Positions 31,364 to 42,095 of a stretch of 64,000 nt of DNA are shown in pieces. A program made the position numbers and the translations under genes. The notes under the pieces were generated by a model. That model did no database searches, was not told where the DNA came from, and was given only the letters and a program-made list of their open reading frames with translations. The first letter of the stretch is position 1; every line of letters starts with the position of its first letter. The DNA is from an uncultured Peptostreptococcus sp. (lineage in GTDB: Bacteria; Bacillota; Clostridia; Peptostreptococcales; Peptostreptococcaceae): contig CAUQSL010000007.1 of the NCBI GenBank assembly GCA_963520775.1, positions 3,837 through 67,836 on the forward strand, written 5' to 3'.

Positions 31364-32233
31364 TTAGTCTTCTAAGTCCCTAATCATATACCTTATCTTT
31401 TCTATAGCCTTTTTTTTAATATTACCTATTGATGTCGCAGAACAAGCAAGTTCTTTTGCTACCTCCTTTTGTGTCTTATCCTTTAAGTATATTTCACTTA
31501 TCACAAAACGTTCTTTTTCATCTAATGTATCCAAAGATTCTCTTATCATCCAATAATCAAATTTACGCCTCTCCTCTTGCCTGTATTTCAAGAGTAAATT
31601 CCTAGAATATTTTTCTCTAGACCCTATATCAATATCAATACAACCATCATTATCGTACCTATATTGACAGTTTCTACCCTTAACTGCCATAATAGAATTT
31701 ACCAATCTCGAAACTGGTATATCATTAAGCCTTGATATTTCTAAAATTTTTCTATAATCTATCTTGTCTTCTAGTAGGTCCATTTTGCTAGAACATATCT
31801 TATATATTGAATTAGCCTCTCTCGATACACTTATAGTTCCATACTTCCTATAAGTATTTTTTATGCTATATTTGATGCAATTATTTATATAGGTCTTCAC
31901 CTTAATTTCAGGTCGAAAATCAAACTTGTCAATACAAGAGATTACACCTATTACTCCCGTTTGAAATAAATCATCATCATCTAGCCCCCTCGATTTGAGA
32001 CTTTTTATTTCCTTATCATAACTTACTACCTTTCTCACATAGTCCATCTTACTTAATATGAATTTATTTCTAGCTAGCTCATCCCCCTTAATCGACCTCA
32101 TAAGCAATAGCCTATCATTAAAATCTTCTTTGTCTATCGATTCTAAATCTATATTCTCCCCATGATACAGAGTCTTATACTCATCATCAGTCATCAAATC
32201 TAAAGAAACAACTTCATCCACCAAGTCAATCAT
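31364..32233 (-). CDS. Alternative sigma-70 family factor (SigB/F/G-like)
   Basis: Region 2 DDLFQTGVIGVISCIDKFD; region 4 LDEKERFVI...TQKEVAKEL; ATG 32233 after GGAGGT. Confidence 0.85.
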   Translation of the reverse strand: MIDLVDEVVSLDLMTDDEYKTLYHGENIDLESIDKEDFNDRLLLMRSIKGDELARNKFILSKMDYVRKVVSYDKEIKSLKSRGLDDDDLFQTGVIGVISCIDKFDFRPEIKVKTYINNCIKYSIKNTYRKYGTISVSREANSIYKICSSKMDLLEDKIDYRKILEISRLNDIPVSRLVNSIMAVKGRNCQYRYDNDGCIDIDIGSREKYSRNLLLKYRQEERRKFDYWMIRESLDTLDEKERFVISEIYLKDKTQKEVAKELACSATSIGNIKKKAIEKIRYMIRDLED

Positions 32234-32567
32234 AAAAGCAACCTCCACCAATATTGTTTATTAGTTGTCTATCAAGCATGATAATTATTACTATTACATT
32301 ATAGACTATTTAAACTAAATATAAACTATTTTTCTAAAATAAATATATTTAATATTTTTTTATTTTATTAAAATATAATTTTTCAGTTATAATTCCTTAT
32401 ATGGTAAGATAATCACTCTATTTTATATAAATTTTCTTTATTATTTAATCTACATACAATTTTATACTTTGAATAAAAAATAACATTGAAATAGAAATAT
32501 CTTTCTTTATTCAATGTTATTTATTATTCAATGTTATTTATTATACAATATCTCTTATTTATTACGA

Positions 32568-34133
32568 TTATTGATATATTAGATTCTTAATATTAACTTT
32601 TTTGTTTATTATTATGGTTGTAAAGTATGAGTAAGTATCTAAAGACTTAGCTTTGCTTATATCTCTGTATACCAATTCACCTTCCATAGATGACTTAGAT
32701 ACTAGTATAGCATTTTCTGATATACCCTTGGCTTCTAACATTTCAATTATTTCTCTACATTTTTTATATACTTTCATTAGTACGATTGAATCAAATTTAT
32801 CTACTATTTTTTCAATCTCTTCCATACTACTTGTACATGGGTATGTGACCATTGGGTCTGTATCCATAGCAAGTGGGAAGTTATTTGATGCAGCTATATT
32901 TGAAAAAGAACTAATACCTGGTATGGTTTCCACTTCTACCTGCCCACTTATCCTCTCTAGGAGATACACATAAGTCGAATATAGCATAGGATCACCTAGG
33001 GATATAAAACCTACCTGCCTACCACTTTTCACATCATCTACTATTTCTCTTGATATGGCGTCCCAAGAACTGATTTTTTCTTGACTGTCATATGACATAG
33101 GAAAGTGCCTTTCCTTTAAGATTAAATCTTGTCTTAAATATGGCTTCACAATATTCTTTACCCTGCTTATACCACCAATTTTTGACTGAGGTAGATATAG
33201 TATATCTAATTTATGAAGTGTTTTTACTCCCTTTATAGTCATTAACTGACTATCTCCAGGACCTGTTCCTATACCATAAAACCTGCCCATTCCCTGATTA
33301 TGACTGTAGTTAAAAGTATATTTTTTCTCATCTTCACTTATAGCATCTAAAAGATTTTTTACAAACTGGTCTTGAATATACTCAAACTCTCCTAAACCTT
33401 CCATATGTAGTTCTACTTCAAATCCCTCTGACTTTAAGATATTTAACCATGAGTCCTCTTCATCACCAGCCATATCATTTCTTGCATGGTCACCTGATAC
33501 TAGTAGGAAGGGTCTTAAATGCACTTTTTTTATCCCGTCTTTTTTTAAAAAGAATATTAAATCCTCCAGTTCTGGATATCCTTCTATTGTTCCCATATAT
33601 GCCTTTATTGACTTCCTACTCAACCTATAGTCAAGTGCCGCATAGCTAGAATGAGCTTCGTGTTCAGTTCCATGCCCCATCCAAACACTTGCGGATTTAA
33701 CTACGTCATTTTTTGTATCTTTAATACTTATATCCCTTATGAAATTGCTTATAGAGTCGTAGTCTTCCAATTTAGTTAGTAGAGGCCTACCTACAATGAT
33801 TTTTTCAAACTTATGCCTATAATTGTCTACTATATTCATCATCTTATTGTACTCTTCCCCACAAATTAGGTGGAGAGACTGAATATAGACTTCCTTGTAT
33901 CCCTTTTCTAAAAGCATTTCTAGGGCTTGACTAGGATATAGTATTTCTTCACCGTCCCTTTTTTTAAGCTTTTTTATTATCATCTTTGATGTCCAAGACC
34001 TATAAAAATCATAGTCTACAAACTTATCCCTTAACTTTTTTTCACAGGCCTCTATCGTCTTCTTCCTCGTATCCATATATGATGTTCCAAAGCTTATAAC
34101 CAACAAGGCTTTTTTCTCTTTTATAATTTCCAT
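32568..34133 (-). CDS. cbiK-cbiL: Fusion of sirohydrochlorin cobaltochelatase CbiK and cobalt-precorrin-2 C20-methyltransferase CbiL
   Basis: N-half SFGTS, MGHGT, SGDHARND; C-half YGIGTGPGD, LGDPMLYST, IPGISS. Confidence 0.9.
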   Translation of the reverse strand: MEIIKEKKALLVISFGTSYMDTRKKTIEACEKKLRDKFVDYDFYRSWTSKMIIKKLKKRDGEEILYPSQALEMLLEKGYKEVYIQSLHLICGEEYNKMMNIVDNYRHKFEKIIVGRPLLTKLEDYDSISNFIRDISIKDTKNDVVKSASVWMGHGTEHEAHSSYAALDYRLSRKSIKAYMGTIEGYPELEDLIFFLKKDGIKKVHLRPFLLVSGDHARNDMAGDEEDSWLNILKSEGFEVELHMEGLGEFEYIQDQFVKNLLDAISEDEKKYTFNYSHNQGMGRFYGIGTGPGDSQLMTIKGVKTLHKLDILYLPQSKIGGISRVKNIVKPYLRQDLILKERHFPMSYDSQEKISSWDAISREIVDDVKSGRQVGFISLGDPMLYSTYVYLLERISGQVEVETIPGISSFSNIAASNNFPLAMDTDPMVTYPCTSSMEEIEKIVDKFDSIVLMKVYKKCREIIEMLEAKGISENAILVSKSSMEGELVYRDISKAKSLDTYSYFTTIIINKKVNIKNLIYQ

Positions 34134-34141
34134 ACTAGCTC

Positions 34142-34906
34142 CTATCCAAAAATTAAACTCTCTTCTATTTCATCAACACTATGTATCATCCTCTGGTAGT
34201 CTATCGTCTTTCTCTTAATGATTATCACCGGTATACCTAATTCCTCACAAGCCTCTATCTTGTCAATAAATCCACCTGCGAATCCACTTTCTTTTGTTAT
34301 TACAACCTCTATTTTAGAATGTTTTAATAAAGCTATATTTATATCTTTGCTAAAGGGACCCTTAAGTGCTATTATATTGTCTGCATTTAAGCCCATAGCC
34401 TCGCAACTTCTAATAACTTCACTTGTGGGAAGTACCCTGGCAACCAATTTTTTTCCTTTAAGTAGTTTTACATAGGTAGCCAAATTCTTGCTTCCAGTAG
34501 CTATTAGAACATTTTCCCAAGTTTTATTTTTCATAACCATATCACAAGCTTCTTCTATGGTATCAACTATGTACTCTTGCTGGTATTTTATCTCATCAAG
34601 CAAGGACCTTCTTTCAAACCTAATGTACTTAACATCTGTCTGTTCACATGCATCCATAGCATTTCTAGATACTTCAACAGCATAAGGATGGGTAGCATCA
34701 ATCACCTGTCTAATCTCCATATCCTTGATATATTGTATCATCTCTTTTTTATCCATTTTTCCGTTTATTATATTGTTTGCATGCTCCAGGGCAAGATCCT
34801 TACCAAAATCTGTTGCTACTGATAAGATGAAGTCACCAATACCTATTTCATTTAACCTGTCACATATTTTCAAACTATCTGATGTTCCACCTAAAACTAA
34901 TATCAT
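34142..34906 (-). CDS. cbiJ: Cobalt-precorrin-6A reductase
   Basis: ILVLGGT, IDATHPYA, GPFS, TKESG. Confidence 0.94.
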   Translation of the reverse strand: MILVLGGTSDSLKICDRLNEIGIGDFILSVATDFGKDLALEHANNIINGKMDKKEMIQYIKDMEIRQVIDATHPYAVEVSRNAMDACEQTDVKYIRFERRSLLDEIKYQQEYIVDTIEEACDMVMKNKTWENVLIATGSKNLATYVKLLKGKKLVARVLPTSEVIRSCEAMGLNADNIIALKGPFSKDINIALLKHSKIEVVITKESGFAGGFIDKIEACEELGIPVIIIKRKTIDYQRMIHSVDEIEESLIFG

Positions 34907-35628
34907 ATACTATACCCCCTTGGAGTTATCATTATATCGCCATCAATAAATGTTTCTTTGTTGCCCACTATTATCATAGTTGACATATCACATATTTCAA
35001 AGTCCATACTAGCCAAAGTCATTATATATTTTTCTTCATTAGACCTACCTGCATTTTTTACTATACCAACAGGTGTAGTAGCTGGCTTATATTCCCTTAT
35101 TATATTAAAGGCTGTTTCTAAATGGTCTGGTCTACCCTTACTCTTTGGATTATATATACATATAACAAAATCAGCCCTTGAAGCAAGCTCTATCCTTTTC
35201 TCTATCAAAGACCAATCTGTCATTAAATCACTCAAACTAATCTGGCAAAAGTCATGCATAAGTGGTGCCCCTAGACTTGCTGCTGCTGATATACTTGACG
35301 TAACACCCTGAACAACCCTTATATCTTCCCTCTTATCTAGTTTAGAATTTAATTCGTACACTAAACCTGCCATCGCATATACACCTGAGTCACCACCACT
35401 TATCAAGGCCACCTTATGCCCCTTAGATGATAGGTCTAAGGCTCTTGTACACCTATCAACCTCTTGCCTCATACCATTTTCAAGAATATACTTACCTGAT
35501 ACCAGGTCTTTTATAAGGTTAATATAGGTCTTGTATCCTATTATTATGTCACACTTTTTTATAGTTTCTAAGGCCTCTAGGGTCATATATTCTTTATTTC
35601 CCGGTCCTATTCCTACTACATAAATCAT
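34903..35628 (-). CDS. cbiH: Cobalt-precorrin-3 C17-methyltransferase
   Basis: SGGDSGVYAMAG, GAPLMHDF, ITPRGY. Confidence 0.95.
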   Translation of the reverse strand: MIYVVGIGPGNKEYMTLEALETIKKCDIIIGYKTYINLIKDLVSGKYILENGMRQEVDRCTRALDLSSKGHKVALISGGDSGVYAMAGLVYELNSKLDKREDIRVVQGVTSSISAAASLGAPLMHDFCQISLSDLMTDWSLIEKRIELASRADFVICIYNPKSKGRPDHLETAFNIIREYKPATTPVGIVKNAGRSNEEKYIMTLASMDFEICDMSTMIIVGNKETFIDGDIMITPRGYSI

Positions 35629-35655
35629 ACTACATCCTTTCTAAACCATGTGGTG

Positions 35656-36873
35656 CTATACTCTTCCTACAGCAATGGTAATCCCTTTATCCCTAAACAT
35701 ATTCCCAAAAAGTTTTCCTTTTGACAATATGTGACAGGCAGGTTGGGCTACAGAATATACACCAGTAATTTTTTTAACAAATTCAGACTTTTCATATAGG
35801 TCTTGGTAGGCAGCTAACCTTTCACAAGAAAAAAATTCGCTTTCTACTAGGTACTTATCACAGAAGTTCTTAATACATATTTCATCTTTCTTTATGTCTA
35901 TACTAGCAAGTTTTCTTATAGACCCTATATCTATATTAAGTGATCTTAAATATCCTAGAATTTGTGACTCAAATAAATCTGGTCTAGTATTTTTTTTACA
36001 TCCCACACCTAAGACATTTAATCTTGGTATGACCACTACTAGCTTATTTTTACGTGCATATTCGCAAATGTCTAGCTTATCACTTATAAGTATTATATTT
36101 TCTCTAACATATTTTTTGCTATCGTGTGTTGATTTTTTACTATTATCTAGCAATTTTTTACTATCGTGTGTTGATTTTTCAATACTGTCTAGCATTTTTT
36201 TACTATCGTATATCGATTTTTTACTACTATCTAGCAATTTTTTACTATCATCCATGTTATTTTCATTCATTATGGATAGTTTTCTTAGATCATCTACTAG
36301 AGTAAAGCCTCCCAATTCAGAGTCATTAAAATACTGCCTATAATCAGGATCAATATATAGGTAGTTATCCTCACCCTTTAATAAGGATCTGTTTATTTTT
36401 AGGCTCATATTTCTCAGGTTATCCACATTTGCCCCCATCTTTTTAACAAGCATATCAAAGGCCCCCTTGCCATTGATATCTGTTGCCGTAGTTATTACAG
36501 GGTTTGCACCTATATTGTCTGCAATTATCTTGCATAGATTGTTGGCACCACCCATATGACCTGATAGCAGACTTATTACATTTATACCCAATTCATCAAC
36601 AACCAAGACCGCCGGGTCTGTAAACTTGTCTACTAAGAGATTGGATATTACCCTGACTACTATGCCTGTTGCCATTATGAATACTAGGCAATCTGATTCC
36701 CTAAACATTTGCTGAGGACAACTTTTAAAGTCTCTATAGGAGACCAGGATAGAATCTAACCTTTCTCCACTATGATATCCACTCAATATAAATTTTTCAC
36801 TAGTCAATATACTATCTATCTTCATAGCAAGTTGTCTTGATTGATCAGTCAAATATATATATTTTATCTTCAT
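35656..36873 (-). CDS. cbiG: Cobalt-precorrin-5A hydrolase
   Basis: MATGIVVR, DPAVLVVD, SLLSGHMGGAN, PVITTATD; internal repeat insertion. Confidence 0.92.
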   Translation of the reverse strand: MKIKYIYLTDQSRQLAMKIDSILTSEKFILSGYHSGERLDSILVSYRDFKSCPQQMFRESDCLVFIMATGIVVRVISNLLVDKFTDPAVLVVDELGINVISLLSGHMGGANNLCKIIADNIGANPVITTATDINGKGAFDMLVKKMGANVDNLRNMSLKINRSLLKGEDNYLYIDPDYRQYFNDSELGGFTLVDDLRKLSIMNENNMDDSKKLLDSSKKSIYDSKKMLDSIEKSTHDSKKLLDNSKKSTHDSKKYVRENIILISDKLDICEYARKNKLVVVIPRLNVLGVGCKKNTRPDLFESQILGYLRSLNIDIGSIRKLASIDIKKDEICIKNFCDKYLVESEFFSCERLAAYQDLYEKSEFVKKITGVYSVAQPACHILSKGKLFGNMFRDKGITIAVGRV

Positions 36874-36881
36874 ACAAACAC

Positions 36882-37640
36882 CTATCTTGAATTTCTGTAT
36901 TCATGGCTAAAATACTTATCATATAACTTTGAATAATTATACTCTTCTCCTAAGAAGCTACCAACTAGAATCAAGGCTGTCTTATTTATACCAGCAGACT
37001 TGACCTTTTTGGAAATATCTATAAGACTTCCCCTTACTATTTCTTGGTCTGGCCAAGTTGCCTTATATACTACCACCACAGGTGTATCCAGATGATAACC
37101 ACCCTCTAATAATTGATTAACCACATCTTCTATCTTAGTAATAGATAAAAAAATTACCATTGATGTTTGATGACTTGCAAATGACCGTATAGTTTCTAAC
37201 TTTGGAACCGGAGTCCTGCCCTCTATCCTAGTTATAATTAAACTTTGGGAAACTTCTGGTACTGTGTACTCTATACCTAAGGCACTGGCTGCCCCCAAAA
37301 ATGAACTTACACCAGGCACAGATTCATAGGCTATCCCAAGTTTTTTTAACTCTTCTGCCTGCTCTCTTATTGACCCATAGATAGATATATCACCTGTTTG
37401 CAACCTTACCACTAACATCTTTTTTTCTATACCATCTTTCATTGTACTGATTATAGTTTCAAGATCCATACTTGAACTATCATATATCCTGGCCCCTGAC
37501 TTGCAATAGTCTAGAAGGTCTGGATTCACTAAGGATCCTGCATATATAACTATATCAGCCTGACTTAATAGCCTATATCCTTTAAGAGTTATTAGGTCCT
37601 TGGCTCCAGGTCCTGCTCCTACAAAATATACCTTTTCCAT
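36882..37640 (-). CDS. cbiF: Cobalt-precorrin-4 C11-methyltransferase
   Basis: GAGPG, YAGSLV, RLQTGD, SKLYD..FSHEYR. Confidence 0.95.
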   Translation of the reverse strand: MEKVYFVGAGPGAKDLITLKGYRLLSQADIVIYAGSLVNPDLLDYCKSGARIYDSSSMDLETIISTMKDGIEKKMLVVRLQTGDISIYGSIREQAEELKKLGIAYESVPGVSSFLGAASALGIEYTVPEVSQSLIITRIEGRTPVPKLETIRSFASHQTSMVIFLSITKIEDVVNQLLEGGYHLDTPVVVVYKATWPDQEIVRGSLIDISKKVKSAGINKTALILVGSFLGEEYNYSKLYDKYFSHEYRNSR

Positions 37641-38206
37641 TATTTTTCTCCACTTATAATTATTATTGGATTTTTTGGCTTTAGATAACTACCTCCACCT
37701 AGATTCTCCAAAACGGCCACACCCACCTGTATTAATTCTATATTTTTAAATCCTATTTTCTTCATAAAATTGTAGGACCTTATTGCATTTTCTAAAAGAA
37801 TATAATTTGATACTAACTTTCCACCCTTATCTAATATCTTGTAGGACCAGTCTAGTATTTCCTCTAAATTATCACCACTACCTCCCAAGAATATTGCCTG
37901 ATAGGAGTCTTGTAAACCATATTCTTTTAAAGTTATTGGTGCCTTATCCCTTATTTGAACTACATTTTTTATATTAAATTTATCTATATTAAGTCTTGTA
38001 AGCTCAAAGGCATCCTGGTCCATTTCTATTGAAGTCACCCTTATACCCTTATTTTTAAGACCTGCCTCTACTGTTATACTTCCTGTACCAGACCCAATAT
38101 CCATAAAATTATAATCTTCTTTTAGGTCTAACTTTGCTAGGGATATAGCCCTCACCTCTTCCTTGGTTATAGGCACCCTACCCAGTATAAAATCACTATT
38201 TTTCAT
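37640..38206 (-). CDS. cbiT: Cobalt-precorrin-6B C15-methyltransferase (decarboxylating)
   Basis: [24 protein letters not shown]. Confidence 0.94.
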   Translation of the reverse strand: MKNSDFILGRVPITKEEVRAISLAKLDLKEDYNFMDIGSGTGSITVEAGLKNKGIRVTSIEMDQDAFELTRLNIDKFNIKNVVQIRDKAPITLKEYGLQDSYQAIFLGGSGDNLEEILDWSYKILDKGGKLVSNYILLENAIRSYNFMKKIGFKNIELIQVGVAVLENLGGGSYLKPKNPIIIISGEK

Positions 38207-38906
38207 TTTTCTCTCTCCACCTTACTAGTATTACAACGCACATATCATATCTTTCTATAGACAATATATCGCTTGCCAGACCTACCGTCAGCCTTTGGTT
38301 TGGGTAAGATAGGTTTTCACCTACATAAAATGTATAATTCTCTTTCCTAGCCTCTACCTCTTTGGCAATCTCTCTTGGACCTATATTGGAGTCTGTCAGC
38401 ATAACCACCTTATCATGTGTAAATATAAAATCATAATCTGGTAATCTTCCATGACTACTTGATATATAAAGATCATTCATAGGTATTTGAAAAATAGAAA
38501 AGGCGTATTGTATCGAACTTATACCGGGCACAATTTCTAAATTAGAATGACCTACTACTTGCCCAACCTGTCCTTTTTCATATTGAGCCTGTCCTTTAAT
38601 ACTATTAAGGACCTTTTTATCAACCATATTCCTTCTTATATAATCAGCAATACCATAGATAGATGGATCACCTGAGGCTAGAACTACTATATCCTTGTCT
38701 ATATTTATATTTATTTTATTAATCATTTCACCTAGATTAGACCCTATCCTATACAGGTCCTGATGGCTATAAATACCAATACTAGACCTGATAAAATCTA
38801 TATTTCTTTGCCCTCCAATTATCAGTTGGGTCCTTTTTATAATATCTTCTCCCATCCTGCTTAGGTAAAGACCCGATCCTGGACCAACACCAACTATATA
38901 TACCAT
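38196..38906 (-). CDS. cbiE: Cobalt-precorrin-7 C5-methyltransferase
   Basis: VGVGPG, LASGDPSIYG, PGISSIQY, GENLSYP. Confidence 0.93.
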   Translation of the reverse strand: MVYIVGVGPGSGLYLSRMGEDIIKRTQLIIGGQRNIDFIRSSIGIYSHQDLYRIGSNLGEMINKININIDKDIVVLASGDPSIYGIADYIRRNMVDKKVLNSIKGQAQYEKGQVGQVVGHSNLEIVPGISSIQYAFSIFQIPMNDLYISSSHGRLPDYDFIFTHDKVVMLTDSNIGPREIAKEVEARKENYTFYVGENLSYPNQRLTVGLASDILSIERYDMCVVILVRWREKNEK

Positions 38907-38994
38907 TTACACGCCTCTTTTTCTTCTATATTAACTACTTATATAATCTATATTCGTTTAAGCTAACTACTAACTATTTATCTTATACTTTAAT

Positions 38995-39140
38995 ATGTTC
39001 TTGCTGTCAACTATCTCTCTTTATTTATCTTGTCCTTTAATATATTATTGCTGTCAACTATCTCTCTTTATTTATCTTGTCCTTTAATATATTCTTACTG
39101 TCGACTATTTCTCTTTATTTATCTTGTCCTCTAATACATT
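38995..39140. repeat. Three tandem 47-bp repeats between cbiD and cbiE
   Basis: TTGCTGTCAACTATCTCTCTTTATTTATCTTGTCCTTTAATATA-like units at 39001, 39048, 39095. Confidence 0.88.
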
Positions 39141-39209
39141 TTAGCTATTTATTATTCCTAATATGTCTTGCCTACTCATATATTCTTGCTATCTACTATT
39201 GTCTCTTCT

Positions 39210-40379
39210 TTATTGTTGCTTACTTGACCTTGCAAGTAGCCTTTTATCCATAGAAAATAAGTACACTTCTAGATCTAGCTCTTCTTCACCCAACCTCATA
39301 TAAGACTTTGCCCTTTTAGCAGCCTTGTCTGCAAGCACTTGGAATACTTCCTGGTATCCTCTGTCTACAATTATATCCACCATGGCATCTGTGCTCAAAG
39401 AGCCATCAATATCCTTTAATAAGTCTAGGGGGGCTCCCAATAAGGCTAGGTTGGCAACCATTATTTCTCTTCTTGCATCAGCTATCCTACTATGACTATT
39501 TGTAATACCAGCAGATAACTTTATTAACTTACCTATATGACCCGCAATAATAATTTTCTTAAATTCTAGACGCTTACACTCCATTAACATATAGCCAATA
39601 AAATTACTCATTTTGACTATAAGATCCCTATCCATACCGTAATACTTCACCATAATTTCACTACCTATATTACCTGGAACAAGGACAATACAGTCTTTAC
39701 CTTCTGCTTTTTTGATAGCTAGTTCAGCAGATAAGGCCTTTTTCCATCCATCATCACTCATAGGCTCTACTATGCCGCTAGTCCCAATAATTGATATTCC
39801 ACCCACTATGCCTAGATTACTATTAAAAGTTTGTTTGGCGATTTCTTGACCCTCTGGTGCAAATATAGTTACTAAAATTTTCCTCTCTCCTAGAAAATCA
39901 TATATGTCAATACCTAGTTCATCTAAAAGATTTTGAGCTTCACCTATAATCATTTGAAGGGGAATCTTATTGATAGCAGGCCTATTTATATCAATCTCTA
40001 GTCCTTTTTTTGTTACCCTACCAATACCCTGACCAGATGTGATAAATAAATAGTCCAAAGATATATCAGACCTGAAGTTAGGTATCTGGTCTGGATTTAT
40101 TATTTGAACTCTAGCAAAAATATCCATACCATGTGTAGCATCTATATCATCTCCACCGTCCTTTTTTATGGAACACTGAGCCCAAGAATTACCCCTACTT
40201 ATGTTATCAACTGCTAGGTCTAAATATATACCCTTTGGTGTTCCTATCCTAATAGTATCTATATCAGAATCTGATAAAAGTATCTTTAGGGCGGCCTTGC
40301 TAGCTCCACATGCACAAGAACCACTAGTATAACCCCTCTTATATTTTTTTCCATCTACATATACAAATTCATCTCTCAA
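39210..40379 (-). CDS. cbiD: Cobalt-precorrin-5B C1-methyltransferase
   Basis: RGYTSGSCA, KDGGDDIDATHG, GISIIGTSGIVEPMS. Confidence 0.96.
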   Translation of the reverse strand: MRDEFVYVDGKKYKRGYTSGSCACGASKAALKILLSDSDIDTIRIGTPKGIYLDLAVDNISRGNSWAQCSIKKDGGDDIDATHGMDIFARVQIINPDQIPNFRSDISLDYLFITSGQGIGRVTKKGLEIDINRPAINKIPLQMIIGEAQNLLDELGIDIYDFLGERKILVTIFAPEGQEIAKQTFNSNLGIVGGISIIGTSGIVEPMSDDGWKKALSAELAIKKAEGKDCIVLVPGNIGSEIMVKYYGMDRDLIVKMSNFIGYMLMECKRLEFKKIIIAGHIGKLIKLSAGITNSHSRIADARREIMVANLALLGAPLDLLKDIDGSLSTDAMVDIIVDRGYQEVFQVLADKAAKRAKSYMRLGEEELDLEVYLFSMDKRLLARSSKQQ

Positions 40380-40476
40380 CCGACACTTCCCCCTAATTTA
40401 TGACACCCTATCTTTAGATAATATAAACCTATCTGAAATTGCTAGATATAAATATAGATTGTATGATAATATATTT

Positions 40477-40580
40477 CTACTTGAAATAGGTATTCTTATG
40501 TAGCTATATAGTAATATAATCCTACTTGAAATAGGTATTTTTGTATAGCTTATATTGTAATATAATCCTATTTGAAATAG
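40477..40580. repeat. 45-46-bp tandem repeat that includes the cbiC stop codon
   Basis: CTAYTTGAAATAG units at 40477, 40522, 40568. Confidence 0.8.
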
Positions 40581-41206
40581 TAGTATAGTATGGCATTTAT
40601 TATGGCTGCAGCCAAATTACTACCACCCTTTCTACCCCTAGATACTATATAATTAATCTTAGTATTTATAAGAGCCTCTTTTGAATCTTCTGCCCCAACA
40701 AATCCTACCGGTACTCCTATAATAGCACTTGCCTTTAGTTTAGATTCTTCAATCATCTCTATTGCCTTATACAAGGCTGTTGGTGCATTACCAAACACAA
40801 ATATTTTATCATTAGTGTCCTTAGCTGCGATTTCTACTGCAGCCATAGACCTTGTAATAGACTTAGACTTAGACAATTCTATAGTATCTTGGTCTGCAAT
40901 GAGACACCTGTATTTAACACCTAGTCTATCAAGTATTTTTTTATTTATACCACTTAAACACATTGTAGTGTCAGTGTAAATGCTAGCTCCACTTTTCAAG
41001 GCTTCAACTATTGAAATCACTGCATCTTCTGAGATTTTTAAAATATCTAAATAATCAAAGTCTGCTGTTGTGTGGATGGCTCTTTTAATTATCATCTCCT
41101 CTATTTCTGAGAAAAATTTATAACCCGGCCTAGTTTCATCTATTATATCCTGTATAATTTCAAAACTTTTTTCTTCTATTTTATCTGGATTTTTAATATA
41201 TTCCAT
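40568..41206 (-). CDS. cbiC: Cobalt-precorrin-8 methylmutase
   Basis: IEEKSF, IHTTADF, GNAPTAL, GRKGGS. Confidence 0.96.
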   Translation of the reverse strand: MEYIKNPDKIEEKSFEIIQDIIDETRPGYKFFSEIEEMIIKRAIHTTADFDYLDILKISEDAVISIVEALKSGASIYTDTTMCLSGINKKILDRLGVKYRCLIADQDTIELSKSKSITRSMAAVEIAAKDTNDKIFVFGNAPTALYKAIEMIEESKLKASAIIGVPVGFVGAEDSKEALINTKINYIVSRGRKGGSNLAAAIINAILYYYFK

Positions 41207-41210
41207 AGGT

Positions 41211-42095
41211 CTACCTCCTTCTCAAGCCTCCATCTATTATCTTTCTAAGATATTGTTTTTTATATACTTTAGAAATCTCGGAATTTTTTATTTCATATGC
41301 CAACCTATCTATATCCGTCTTATCGTTTATTCCTATACCAATACTTGTGCCTGTATGCGATATATTCAGAAAACTGTAGTTACATAAGCTAGCTAATTCT
41401 ATCAATTTTCTAAGATAGGGGGTTTTTTTTATATTTTCATTGGCCAGAGCACTAATTTCACAGGCCTGCCTAATAGATTGCATATCATCGTTTTTTATGC
41501 CAAATTCGAGCTTTGTAAAGGCTTGACTAGTTAAATCCCTATTTTCGCTGAGGCACTTATAATATTCTTGTCTACCCCTTAATTTCACAGTATTTATTTT
41601 ATTACTTGGTTCTAAAATAAACACCTTTTTAACACTTAGGTTTCCTAGTTTCCTTACTACCTGACCTTCTATTGGATCAAAAATACATATATTTTTATTG
41701 TATATAGAATCAGTAGGTTCTACCCTAGCCACTAATTTTGAAATTAATTCAGGTTCCATTTCATAACCTATGAAATCTAAAATTGCCATAACACTTGCGC
41801 CTATATATGCAGTGGAACTTGCCATCCCCTTACCTGTAGGTATATCTGACCTTATTGATAGGGATAGTCTATCCATATAAGATAGATCAATTTCAAGATA
41901 ATCTAAGACACGGGCTATTGCCTCAACTGACTTTCTTTTGCCCCTCATAGTCCTGTCTGTCATACCATGTCCCTCAGTCACTATAGCCCTTGAAAATATA
42001 TCTATACAATAAGAACTTATACATTCTATTTTATTTGAATAACCTTGAACCAATTCCCCACATGTAGCTGGACAGGTTCCATATCCTTTTTTCAT
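41211..42095 (-). CDS. pduX: L-threonine kinase, GHMP family
   Basis: CPATCGELVQG, GKGMASSTA, EPTDS, HTGT; next to cobD. Confidence 0.85.
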   Translation of the reverse strand: MKKGYGTCPATCGELVQGYSNKIECISSYCIDIFSRAIVTEGHGMTDRTMRGKRKSVEAIARVLDYLEIDLSYMDRLSLSIRSDIPTGKGMASSTAYIGASVMAILDFIGYEMEPELISKLVARVEPTDSIYNKNICIFDPIEGQVVRKLGNLSVKKVFILEPSNKINTVKLRGRQEYYKCLSENRDLTSQAFTKLEFGIKNDDMQSIRQACEISALANENIKKTPYLRKLIELASLCNYSFLNISHTGTSIGIGINDKTDIDRLAYEIKNSEISKVYKKQYLRKIIDGGLRRR

